Part shown: positions 12,672 through 24,594 of the stretch, piece after piece
Numbering within the stretch: position 1 is the stretch's first letter
Layout: every line of letters starts with the position of its first letter
Source of the DNA: Takakia lepidozioides
Lineage: Eukaryota; Plantae; Bryophyta
Length of the DNA stretch: 64,000 nucleotides
Assembly: GCA_030704615.1 (NCBI GenBank)
Contig: CM060731.1
Location: 59,892,001 to 59,956,000 of the forward strand
Direction of reading: 5' to 3'
Program-made: the position numbers and the translations under genes
Notes under the pieces: generated by a model
The model's input: the letters and a program-made list of their open reading frames with translations, nothing else
Databases searched by the model: none
What the model was told of the DNA's origin: nothing

Positions 12672-15600
12672 ATGGCTTCATTTTTGCAATGGGTGGGATG
12701 GATCCCGATAGGAGACGTGGCCAACGTGGCGCAGCTGACAGGGCTGAATGCAGTGAAACTGATTGCATTGATAATAGCAGCTGCCAACAACGCGCGAATG
12801 CACAAGAGGAACTGCCGTCAATTCGCCCAGCACTTGAAGCTTATAAGCAACCTGTTGGAGCAGCTTAATCTCACAGATCTAAAGGAAAGGCCCGAGACTC
12901 GGGAGCCCTTGGAGCAGCTGGAGGAAGCGCTTCGAAAGGCAGTGGTTCTCGTGGAGAGCTGCAGGGATAAGAGTTACCTGTATTTGGTCGCAATGGGATG
13001 GGTGTATGTGAGTAAGTTCAGTGAATACCAGGACAACATCGACAGATACCTTAAGCTTATTCCTCTCATCACCCTTGTCGAGAACAGCAGAGTAAGCTTC
13101 ATATCGGCCATTTCTGTAATTGAAGCTTTCAATTACTGCGTTGTATGTTGGCATTTATGGTTTGACAAGTTATTTTTACAAGGTTGAATCTGGCTGTGGG
13201 ATAGTAAGGGTATATACCCCCCGGCCCCCCTCCTCCCCCTCCCGGTCTTATGTTTCTTTGGGCTGTGTGCATGCTCTTCTTCTGATCTGTCTCAAAATCA
13301 AGAAGTCTAGGCGTCAGAATTTGTGCTGGACTTTTATGAACCATGCATGTTTTCTCCCAAATCTGCTTAGCAAGACAAGTACCTTGATATTGCAAGGAGT
13401 CCCTAAAGGGAATTTACTTCGTTTTGTTAAGGCCCCTGTGGCATCCCAATGTTTCTTTATTTGCATAATGACAACGCAACTGAAGGTCCCGACTTGGTCT
13501 CAGTCAGTGGCAAGCTCTTGACCCTGACAGGCCAGTTCTTCATATTGTTGCACAGCATTTTGACGGCTGGATCCTTCTCTTGCCAAGTCAAATGAATGCA
13601 TAACCAAGCAATAATTATCCCAGTATTGGTGGTGGTTTTGGTCCTCTGTCACTTGGAAATGATAGCAGCTTATTTTTAGCAGTCTGGGACGGGATTGCTT
13701 CAAGAACATGCCATGGATGTACACATGTGCCCTTGCAGGAGCGTCTGAAGGCAATTGAGAAAGATCGCCGGAGTTACACAATGGAAGAAGAGGAGGTCAA
13801 GGTTCAGGAGACATTGTTAAAGCCGGAACGCACCAGAAGTGAGTCTGTACGTTTGTCACGACAGCTGTCACGAAGGTATCCGGGGGTGGCCTTGGATCAG
13901 GTACTTCGAGCAGAGAATGCAAAGTTGCGGAAGGAGCTTGACCACATGAAGGTTAGTCCCTGTTACCAAAGCACTATGGTGATCACAATAATGTGAATGG
14001 ATGTCCTGAACTCCTGTTTAGATGCCTTCTTTTTTCTTGGAAGGGGGGCCTTGGCGCCATGAAAGGGTACTTGTTGGGAACTCAGTCATGGTGCCAAATG
14101 GCTGTTTCTTGGTTGAAGATAGCATGAAAACCTTAAGATGCAGGGGTGGAAGACGCAGTTACCCACTCTCTAGCCCACCCTTCTGGTTCTTTCCCTTGAG
14201 CATGTCTTTGCACATCAAAGAACCTAACCACATCCGGGTGTGCATGACTTCACCTGTCCGTGGGGAAGTCAGAACCGTAATATTAACCATCTGTTGTAAC
14301 CCCCAAAGTTCTGACAACAGGATATGTTGCAGTGACATGTAAGATCCTTGTGTTCATTGAGATCTGTTTCTCATGCTCAAAGCAAATGCCAACAGTTTGT
14401 CTTGGAAGCCTTCTTATCTGTTACCGGGCTAAGAAGTGTGAGGAATGACATAATGAGTGCAGGCATGCATGGAGCTCGACCAGTGTGATGTGATTGAGCA
14501 CCTCATTCAATTTACTGAGACTGTCGCAGCGGATCCAGTTGTGATACTGGAGGCTGTCGACGAAGATCCCAGCGAGCCTCCGGAGATGATTAAGAAGGTG
14601 GTGAGAGAGTCAAAGCGCCACGTTTCACAACCCAAGGCATCTTTGTATGTGTCTACATCATAATCTCCCGATCTGAAGGTTTGAATGCATGTGTATGTAA
14701 GTCTGTATGTGCATACTCAGTGCAGGATATCCTGTTTGAACAACCTGGATGCTGCTGGGGAAGTTTTCTGCTGTGAACAGAAGCTGGAAGAAGGGGCAAT
14801 TAGCGAAAATTGTATTGGACCTAGTGAAGGTCCTGATTTCATTGCAGCTCAAGTCCAAAAGGCCAGTGTAATTGAATGCAATCTATCCCATACCCTGCTG
14901 CTCAACTAGCTCTGTCAGTGATGGTATTCTTGCATACATGCCCAAGCAGATGGCTTTTTGAGAAACACAGGAAGTAGTTTCTGTTCTTGCTTTTTGCAAG
15001 TTTGGCTTTAGGTTTGCTGACCTTTCGGTTGGTCATATCATCCTGTATATGTGGCAGAGCTGGTGTTCATCCTGGATTCGCAAACAGCCTATCAACATTC
15101 CCTCTCTTCCTAGTACTTTAGGGAGCATCTTTAGCCAAGGAGATGCTCTTTGGTAGGAGCCAGCCAGCAGAAATAGTTACAATGCCCCTCATGGTTTCTT
15201 GTCTGATGTCAATTCCATCCCATAGTTAAGATCCGATGTATAGTAACTGGATTGAGCGCACGCCATGGCAGTTTGGGCTGGATCTGACATACCCTGGGCC
15301 TGAAACCCCCAACAAGCTTGATGAGGTCTTTCCTGTGGCAGTAACTAAGCTCTCTTGCATCTTGATGTTATCCCAGTTCTCCTTACAGGCCATAGCAGTT
15401 TACATGAGTGTGCTGAAAAGTATTTGTTATGCAGGGAAGGGAAGCAGAATTACCGGTCCTCGCGAGAGAAGTTGACATTTGATGGAGTCAGCAGAAAAGA
15501 TAACCACAAATATCCCTCCCAACAACAAAAGGTGGCTTCGATGCCATCACACATCCCAAGAAGATTCGATAATGAAAGATGGCATAATGGGCTCCAAGAC

Positions 15601-17108
15601 TGCTGTGGTGATCCTTGCTTGTGTGGGTGCTCTGGCCCTCTACCTGCCCCCTTTGCTTGTCCCTTTGTCAAAGTTATTGTGTGTTCCTTGTTTCAGACTT
15701 CTTCATGTGCGCTGTGGTGACATTCCCGCCACCTCACCTGCCTGTTGTGAACAGGCATGTCCACATTTTTGTACCCGTGCGGCACATTCACAAACATTGC
15801 AGCTGTTGTGACCGACGGAAACACTTGTGAGTCTCCCTGTCTTCTCTCTTTTCCATCCTCCGGCTCCGGCTCCGGCTCCGGCTCCTGTCCTCTCCTCCCC
15901 TTCTTTACTCCTCAAAAGAAGTCATTTGCAAGAGGGACTACGAAGATCTGCCCATTATTACACTAGATGTTTGTTTGGGTATGGAACCTACTCAAGCAGC
16001 AGGTCACGAGGCTATCTATGACCCAAACTTGAAGTCGTCGTGCCTTCAAGTCTTTACAGTTGATTCCTTGTCTTTACTGAGTCAGTTGTAACTAGATTGT
16101 ACCACAGGCTACGTACTCTTTCCCATTGCTCTTACTCACCTGCAGCAATAACTTGGCCGTCCTGATGAGAAGGCTCATCAGAACTCATTTCAGTGTCCAT
16201 AGAGGATTTTATCTTGTGGGTCCGTTCTGATGTTGTTTTGTGTTATACTAAGGAAGGCAGCACATCTTTGTGGATTTGTGTTACTAAAGCTGGGGCGGTG
16301 GGGGCAATGGAATGTGGCTGCAGCCCATGAGGTGGCATGCCACGAGCTGGCGTTCCATTCCCTCTATCTAGGATGCTATTGCTACACCTGTTGTTTTCGA
16401 CGGAAATTGCGGAAGCGGTTTAATATTCCTGTGAGTACTTCACTCCCATCCTATTACTGATAAGTGATCTCACTTTATACAGGCACTAGTGAGCTCATAC
16501 AGCTACCATCCTGTCATGATTGAACCCCTGACGTGGAACTCATTCCTCCCTTCAAAAGTACTCTGCCTGCCAGTAATAGTGGAAGGACCCACGATTCAAA
16601 GATGAGCGTGCTAGAGGAAAACCATGTATAGGAGGCTGTTTGAGAAGGTTTTAGCAATTGGTTAGCCAGTAGCACTAACTTCAAGTAGCATATGGTTCAT
16701 AAGCTTTATATCTCACAACATTATGTGTAAACACTGGAGAAAGCTCAAATACGCTTGATAAATATTTCATAGAGTAGCCCACGTGAGGTTGAAGTAATGT
16801 GGCTGCTTACTCATGGGTGGACGGTGGCAGGGTGGATCATGCGATGATTATTGGGCGCACGCCTTGTGCTGCTGTTGTTCATTGGTTCAAGAGTGGCGTG
16901 AAATCCAAGCACGGGAGGAGGAAGGTATGTCTTCTTTGGAAAACTTTGTCTACCTTGTGTTTTTCTGACTATACTGCATCACTTGAGGTAGTCGCACTAC
17001 TGGGAGAGACTATACTGCTTATCAAGTTTGGTTACCCCTTTCTCAAACATTCTGAAGGTTGCAGTGCACATTGAGGATGTATCTAGTATCTCAGTTGGCT
17101 TTATGTAG
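12672..17108 (+). CDS. MCA: MCA/CNR13-like mechanosensitive Ca2+ channel, full length (MCAfunc + coiled coil + PLAC8)
   Basis: Exons 12672-13091, 13739-13951, 14463-14644, 15435-15622, 15755-15826, 16324-16430, 16831-16924 join in frame. PLAC8 motifs WHNGLQDCCGDPCLC, FLYPCGTF, CYTCCFRRKLRKRFNIPGG, CCCCSLVQEWREI. A possible extra exon near 14726-14860 and the last exon (17065-17108) are uncertain. Confidence 0.9.
15860..15883. repeat. (CGGCTC)4 intronic microsatellite
   Basis: Direct hexamer repeats in an MCA intron. Confidence 0.8.
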
Positions 17109-17157
17109 CGCTCATTCCTACACATTTGGATATGCTGAAGCGGGCATCCAGCATAGG

Positions 17158-17480
17158 TGTAACACTCGGTTTGGACAGAAAAGAAGGGTGGAGGAGGATG
17201 AACATACTGAGAAAAACGGTCTTTTGGTATCAGAGCTTGAGTTAGAGGCCTCCTAGGACTGAGGGTAAGGACTGAATTATCCACTGGGACGAGATGCCAC
17301 CAAGGAGGGGGAAAACTAGATTTCTCAGACCCCAGGTTTGAGGAAATGGCCAAGGAATCATCCATAGAGTCAAGGGTGCAAGCCTTGATGCAATTGGTGG
17401 AAATCCAAAGTCAGCAAACCCAGCAAGTACATGACAGCTTTACCTCAGTGGTGAAGGGAGCCAGCCTTCGATGTCCCTTC
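17158..17480 (+). mobile_element. Ty3/gypsy-type LTR retrotransposon remnant (PBS + gag start)
   Basis: TGTAACAC at 17158, canonical iMet primer-binding site TGGTATCAGAGC at 17225-17236, then ATG-PPRRG gag-like start near 17293. Confidence 0.6.
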
Positions 17481-17634
17481 AAGGTTCCCGATAGATAGTG
17501 GGAATAGAAGGGAGGGAGACTGAGCGCGTGAAAGGGAGACAGAAACAAAGGTCGATAATGTCACAAGGAGCCATCATTGACGAGTGCCTACGGATGTTGG
17601 CTACCTTCAGGGTTTGGCAACCTTGTCGAAGCCG

Positions 17635-19400
17635 GGTTTCTGCTCACCAGAGTATGGAAACTCACCCCACAATTGCCAATGCACTTGTGCACAACCGAGA
17701 ACAATCCAGTTTGATGTGTGATGTACGGACATTATGCTAGAAGGAATGATGTCCATTCCAGCAGTGCTGACCTGTGATATGTGTGGGAGCCACATAGGCT
17801 TTATCTCCTGGCCTTCACAAAAACCGGTGGTCTTTGATTTGTTTGTCGCACTATGTTGAACACAAGGAAGACAAGAAAGTAATATTATGACGTCCAGAGG
17901 AAGCCCAACAAATTGTCTTCTTCAAATATACACACAACTCAAACCTTTCTCCAGGAAGAGGAGATTTAGAATAAAGAAGGAAAGTCTTAGTACACCTGCT
18001 GGAAGCCCAGAGGGCCCAATGGACAGAAGTAGAACAAGCAGAACCACAGAAGATAAGTGGTTTAGTATGTCCACGGGATGCCTGAAGATCCCAAGGGACA
18101 GATTGTACTCATAAGACGATGTTTGCCGTAGCCTTGTGGCCATTGAGCCCCCGCCCAGTTTGAGCGGAAACAAAAGGGACAGAACCTACCTCTGTCAGGG
18201 GCTGACGTTGGTAGTAAGACTTACCTTCATATATAGAATTAATCCGGGTTTTCCAGATATCCTCTAGAAATCCCTTCACACAAGCATCAACCCGCTGTGT
18301 GTGATTTGCCCAAAAACTAGGCCTCAGGAGGGCCTGGGCTTTTGGCTCAGCCTCGAGACTTTCAAAGTTGGTAAACAGAGGTACAGGCACAATTCCCTTG
18401 ATAGATTTGAAGAGAGCGTCTCTTTGGTGAGAGAACCCCGGACAGTGTATCAGAAAATGAATACTGTCTTCAGGTTGCCCACACAACGGGCCCAAGGGAC
18501 AGAGAACAAAAAAGAACCGCAGCCCTTTTTGGGCTGAAGAGACCAGAAGGTGTGACAAGAAGAGACCAATCTGAGTTTGTGTTCATCTAAGAAGATGCTG
18601 TGTTTTGGCGCAGAGCTCAAAAGATACAGCAAAATGGACCCACCGTCAGAACAAGCCATGGAGGGTCATTGAAGAGGCCCCCCACCTTGGTAAAGTCTTT
18701 CTTTACTCGAGGTTGAATGTGTACTTCAGCGACATTGTATTATATTTTAGTTTTATGTCATCTTCTTGCAAGAGACGATAGTGAGACCAATCGATGGCTA
18801 GTTAAAGTATATCTGCTTGCCATAGCATAAAGAGCAGAGATCAACATGTTAGTACTTACATTGGGAGGCAGATTTGCGAGGAAATCAACCTCCATTTTTA
18901 CGCAATGACAGAATGTCTGTAGATTCACGGTTGATTTGATGGCTCACTATGCTCCCAATCTCTAAAGGGGACCTGTGGATTGCTATGGTACAAGTCTAGC
19001 ATGCACCAAACACAAATAGAGGTATGTATATTCCCATGAATGAGGGAGTTAGAAATGACAGAATCAACAGGGAGGGAGGGAGGGTTTTGCGGGGTGGATT
19101 GGCCTGTCCCAGTTGTACTTTGTCAGTTCAGTTTGTGGGATCTATTATGAACTGCAATCACCATATTCAATCGCCATTTCTAAACATTGTGAGAAATGGA
19201 TGAGCTTATTTCAGCTACATACTTCCAGCGTGAAAAATGAATTCTACCAGTGCAACCCCCCAACCAGCATTCTCCATTGGATGCTCTCTGAGCTCTCTGA
19301 GCGAGAATGCTACCCATCATGGTGATGATGGCTTCAATGTGCTTTGTGTCCCAGCTGTGAGGGAAGGACATATTCTTGACATATGCTTGATTGAAGGGGA
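17635..19400 (-). repeat. Diverged inverted paralog of 61780-62605
   Basis: Collinear shared blocks, e.g. CCAGAGTATGGAAACTC, GCAGAGCTCAAAAGATAC, CAGAACAAGCCATGGA, TTAGTACTTACATTGG, GAACTGCAATCACCAT; both copies read MACSD.GSIL.YLLSSAPK.SI. Confidence 0.85.
18103..18490 (-). mobile_element. 5'-truncated non-LTR retrotransposon insertion with 13-bp TSD
   Basis: Perfect direct repeat CCCAAGGGACAGA at 18090-18102 and 18491-18503; encodes PLCGQPEDSIHFLIHCP (end of an ORF2 CCHC finger); absent from the paralog at 62392-62404. Confidence 0.85.
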
Positions 19401-19784
19401 TAAGCCATGTGCGTCATCTCTCACAGTTGTAGACAGGTGAGTGACAGAAGTCTGTAACCCTTTGTTCATGCCAGTAGCAATTTCTGTGCAATGCTTCTTG
19501 ATCACAGCCAAGCAGGGTTGAAATTGTGGAGATACCCATTGTTAGGGTGCCAGGTTTTAAGAATCAGGTCGTCTGTTACACTATTGACTGAACAAGTCTA
19601 TTTTTCGGGGACAAATATCAAGCACTAAGTCTGAGGCAAACGGAACCAGTGCACCTTTCAATCCACTGCTATGGTTGAGCTTCAGATTACACTACACTAA
19701 ATTTGAAAATGTTCCAGCACAACGATGATATGACAGACATCACCAATTGCTGTCACTTCGGATGGCAATCGCAGTAAACATTCG

Positions 19785-19927
19785 CATGTTGGGGCTAGGG
19801 TGTTTAGTTTACACACAATACAATTATGATATTTTGCAATTATGATATTTTACTCAATTCAAACATGAATCCACTGCATGTTGGGGCTAGGGTGTTTGTA
19901 CACAATACAATTTTGAGATTTTGCAAT
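19785..19927. repeat. Local tandem duplication of about 90 bp
   Basis: GCATGTTGGGGCTAGGGTGTTT...CACAATACAATT occurs twice. Confidence 0.8.
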
Positions 19928-20959
19928 GGCTCAATTCAACTATGAGTCTGAAAGTACACTTCAAAATTTTACTCCACTATTTTACATAGCTAAAAACATG
20001 TGGCTATGTACAATCTCTGTTCTGACAATGAAGCAGGATGAAAAATGGCAAAGGTTGCCACCTTATCTCAAGTTAGCAAAGTGCCCTTTGGGAGCTTGAC
20101 CTGATGTACACAATTGATGACTAGTGCAAGTACAAAAAGCGTGGATGCACATAATTGACGGCCTTTGGATATAAGGAGCCAACGAAAGACATCCAACATC
20201 CATATTCAAAGGTGGAGTAGAGAGTAATAAGACACAGATACCACATTGACAAAGCACAGTTCGTGCAATCACTTATTGCGTTGCAAAGCTTAATGTTACA
20301 ACAGGAAAGCATAAGACTCCCGAGTGCTTTTCTTAATCTTGGTCAAGCCTTGAAAATGAGGATATAGGCCCCCATTCACTGAGAAGGAATCTAGTATTGA
20401 AGTGTATGTGAGTGCAAGGACAAGGGTGTGGATATTGGAACGCTCTAGAGGCTTTGAAGTTGTTTCGCTTATAATGCTGAGCACACTGAATGACCATCTA
20501 GATAAAACTGTAGTGTGGTGGAATGAGTCTAAATTTGCCAAATTTTTCAATGCAATACGGTCAAGGAAGAGAAAGACAAATGTCTTCTGCATTATTACCG
20601 ATCCTATCAGTACACAACAACTCTTACTGAGGGCTACTTCCCCTCTTTAAAATTTAAGAAAAAAAGAAACAACTTGGCTATAAACTGTCTAAGAAAGGAA
20701 AGTTTCGAATGGACACTAGCATCTACATCCCTTCGATTGAGCCCTCACCCATTCTCATAAAACATTTTTTCCTTGCTTGTCTACCTTTGCCAATTCAATA
20801 AAATTTCCAGGGCCTCTGTCCCCTGTTAACTTAAGAAAAAAGAAAAAGATACAACATTCAAAAAATTATGACCTACACCTCCCTCTCGCAGTAAGTACTG
20901 CTGATCCCATTTCCTAAATGACAGAAAGCAAGGTATGTGTAAGCAAGCAGAATACACAA

Positions 20960-21845
20960 GCAGGCTGATTCACATGGAATCACAGGTGGTCTTGTGCCTG
21001 AAATCCTTGCCATTTCTGATGAATCTCAAACCACACTGACATCCCTGCTCTCTCAGCTATCCCTGCCTCAGCACCAACAATGCATGCATCCTTCCATCGC
21101 CAATAGCAGCTGACGATGATTACATGTAAAAAATACTTGAAGGAAAGCTTCTCCTCTTCAAGCTGGTCACTATTGTTGCCTGCTGCACCCCCTTTAGCTA
21201 CATTGTCAAACACTCCCTTGCAAACACATTGCAAACCCAAAAAGTACCTGAAAATGTAGGGCTTCAGCCTTTCCTGCACCATTTGCTCATGTCTGCAATA
21301 CATTCTTACACACCCATGCCACTAACCAAGAAAAAATAGAGTACTCTAGATCCTTCAGTCTCTTCTGAATCGAATTCCACCTGCACGACTCTCGCTGCAA
21401 GAAAGAGGCAAGTGCTGAAGAGGGTAACACAACAGTTGTGGGAATCTGTAAGTAGTTGAACTGACTTTGCAGTCTCAAAGCGTTGTACTGGAGCTACGAC
21501 GGCACGCCGACCAGGGTTGCCACATCCAACCTTCCCTGTCAAATTCTGCAGCCGCACGCACGGAGACCCTTGCATGATTTGGTACATGGCATTTTCAAGG
21601 TCTGGAACTGATTGCAAGGGTAGGCTTTGCGCAAACGGAGACAGACAAATGCGGGCTAGCAGGACCAAGACAAAGAGCCTTGAAGTCTGCTGGATTCTCA
21701 CCAACACAAGGAAATACCAATCCGTAAGCTCCGACCAGCAATACTCCGCGTGGGTATTGTAAGACCCACACTACCCTCAGCATACATGTCCACGAGGGTA
21801 TTGTTCAGACTGACATCTGGTACAATTCCAGCTTTGAGCATACAA
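20960..21845 (-). pseudogene. Degenerate PPR -> intron -> PDF-motif chimera, interrupted by a nicastrin fragment
   Basis: LKAGIVPDVSLNNTLVDMYA (21845-21780); HEQMVQERLKP..KGVFDNVAK (about 21290-21195); intron similar to 42653-42811; frameshifted IH..DFRHKTTCDSM* from 21024. Confidence 0.7.
21390..21707 (-). pseudogene. NCT: Nicastrin (gamma-secretase subunit) N-terminal fragment, no introns, frameshifted
   Basis: Signal-peptide-like RLFVLVLLARICLSPFAQS, then SVPDLENAMY..GSPCVRLQNLTGKVGCGNPG..VVAPV; after a frameshift IPTTVVLPSSALASFLQR; no ATG and no downstream nicastrin sequence. Confidence 0.85.
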
Positions 21846-24594
21846 TACCTGTACCGATTCTTCATTGCCGACCTTTGCCCACGGTGGGACAATAGGGTTG
21901 ATAAGGTGAGTCTATCTCTAGCTGTCAGTGCTTGTGAATAAATACGAGAATGAGATCTTCTTGTCTACACCGACATGGTGATGTGTTATATATTGGACCA
22001 TGGTTTGCATGGCACTGAGATTATTAGCAAGTTTGATTCGGTGTCATACCTGCTGTAAGGGTTTTAGATCATCAGGTTGTTGTTGGATGTTCCAAGTTGT
22101 CCTATATTTTGAGAGGTGATTGGGAGCTTTTGGTGGTTGCAGTCTTATTTGTACAAGGCTGTTAGTGGTGCTTTGCACTCAGACACTGGTGGGTTTCACA
22201 GGTAAATCCACAAGATTCAGACTTCAACCACGAGCGCACACAGGAAGCCCTTCAGATAGCAAGTCATCCGGCCTTCCCATGGCCGACAGCAGAGCTACCT
22301 GCCATGACCCAAGATCAAGCACCATCTGTTGGTGGGTGGAAATCACAAAATGGTTCTGGTGTGAACATTGGAGCTCCATTAAAGTTAATAGACCGGAGTC
22401 TGGATTCTGGTGGGATGGCAGCTTGGGGTCGATGCATTGAGTCTGGTCAAACAAGGACTATGGAGGAATGTGAGTATGACCTACAATCAGCCGCAAGTTA
22501 TATAGGATATTGTTTTGTGGACGATTCAAACTTTTGAACATCGAGTAGATTGGATTGCCAGAGTTTAATATCGAAGTAGATGACTGTAATATGTCTGGCA
22601 CAGGTGGCCATTTGAGGACTCTGTGTAAGGAGGGAAGACTGAAAGAGGCGCTGCACATTCTGGATCAACAAGGTGTACGGGGAGACTCCAATACTTTTGT
22701 CTTCCTTTTGCAGGGGTGCATCAAAACTAAAGCTTTGGCAGAGGGGAAGCAGGTGCATTCCCACATCATGCGAAGTGAATTCAAGCAAAACCTCTTTGTA
22801 GTCAATGCAGTTGTCAACATGTATGCCAAGTGTGGAAGCATGGTGGATGCCCGCCGAGTCTTCGAGGAAATGCCTGCACGAGATATATTCACTTGGACCA
22901 TGATGATAGCAGGATATGCCAAGCATGGGCATGCTGAGGAGGCTTTCAAACTCTACGAGCAAATGCAACGGGAGGGAGGGACACCTGACAAGGTCACGTT
23001 CATTTGCATCCTCAATGCTTGTGCCAGTTTAGGAGCCGTAGAGAAAGGCAAGCAAGTCCATGCTGACATCATCAAGGCTGGAATTCCGTCATACATTAAT
23101 TTGGACAATACCCTTGTTGACATGTATGCCAAATGTGGGAGCGTAAAGGATGCACTTCAAGTGTTTGACAAAATGGCCAAGCGGGATGTGGTCTCATGGA
23201 ATGCAATGATTGCAGGTTATGCTCAGCATGGGCAGGGTGAAGAGGCTCTCAAAATGTATGAGCAAATGCAACAGGAAGGGGTGACAGCTGACTTGGTTAC
23301 TTTCATTTGTGTTCTCAATGCATGTGCTGGTCTCAGGGCCTTAGTAAAGGGCAAGCAGGTCCATGCTGACATCATGAAAGCTGGAATTAGTTCACATATT
23401 AATCTGGAGACGACCCTTGTTGACATGTATGCCAAATGCGGGAGCCTAGAGGATGCATATCATGTGTTTGACAAAATAGCGAAACGAGATGTCGTCTTGT
23501 GGAATGTGATGATCACGGGATATGCTCAGCGTGGACAATTTGAAGAGTCTTTTAAAATCTATGAGCAAATGCAACGGGAAGGGGTGATGCCCGACCAGGT
23601 AACACTGTTTGGCATTCTCAATGTGTGTGCCAGCCTTGGAGTGCTTGAAAAGGGCAAGCAGGTACATGCTGACATCATCAGAGCTGGAAGTGCGTCCTTT
23701 GTTAATTTAGAGACTACCCTTGTTGACATGTATGCGAAATGCGGGAGCATAAATGATGCACGCGAAGTGTTTGACAAAATGGCCGAACGAGATGCAGTGT
23801 CCTGGAATGCAATGATCGGTGGATATGCTCAGCATGGCCATGGTGAAGAGGCTCTGAAATTTTATGAGTCGATGCAATGGGAAGGAGTGATGCCCGATAA
23901 GGTCACATTCATTTGTGTTCTCAATGCCTGTGCCAGTCTAGGTGCCCTAGAGAAGGGCAAGCAGGTCCATGCCGACATTATCAAAGCTGCAATTGCACCA
24001 GACACTATTCTGGAGACAGCCCTTGTTGATATGTATGCCAAATGCGGAATGCTGAAAGACGCCCATCAAGTGTTTGACAAAATGGGTACCCGAAATGTGG
24101 TCTCATGGAATGCGATGATTGCTGGATATGCTCAGCATGGGTATGGTAGGAAGGCCCTCCAACTATTTGAACAAATGCAACAGGAAGGTCTGAAGCCAGA
24201 TGGTGTCACCTTCACTTCTGTTATCTCTTCATGCAGTCATGTGGGCCTAGTAGATGAAGGCTGTCAATACTTCGATTTCATGAGCCAATATCATGGCCTT
24301 ATACCTGTAGTGGAGCATTTTGGCTGCATGGTGGACCTTTTTAGCCGTGCAGGGCAAGTGGACAAGGCAGTTGAATTTATTAATAACATGCCAATTGAAC
24401 CAACTGCCTCGGTATGGAGGCCGTTGCTTGCAGCCTGTAGAATTTGTTGTGATTTGGAGGTGGCAGAACGTGCTGCAACATCCATTCTTAAGAGTGATCC
24501 ACAGGACCCTGCAGCTTATGTGCTGCTATCAGACATCTATGCTGCAGCTGGTAGGTGGGAGGATCAAGCAATGGTGAGAAAAATGAGCAAGTAG
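21786..24594 (+). CDS. PLS-class PPR protein (about 18 P/L/S motifs + E1/E2) with an N-terminal OSB-type PDF motif, about 792 aa
   Basis: Exons 21786-21905 (..LYRFFIADLCPRWDNRVDK|GTGAGT), 22202-22469 (CAG|VNPQDSDFNHERTQEAL..PW..|GTGAGT), 22604-24594 (CAG|GHLRTLCKEGRLKEAL..). Phases 0 and 1 match, giving 2379 nt open. The PPR part (MYAKCG x5, VVSWNAMIAGYAQHG) is certain; the start codon and upstream exons are predicted. Confidence 0.8.
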
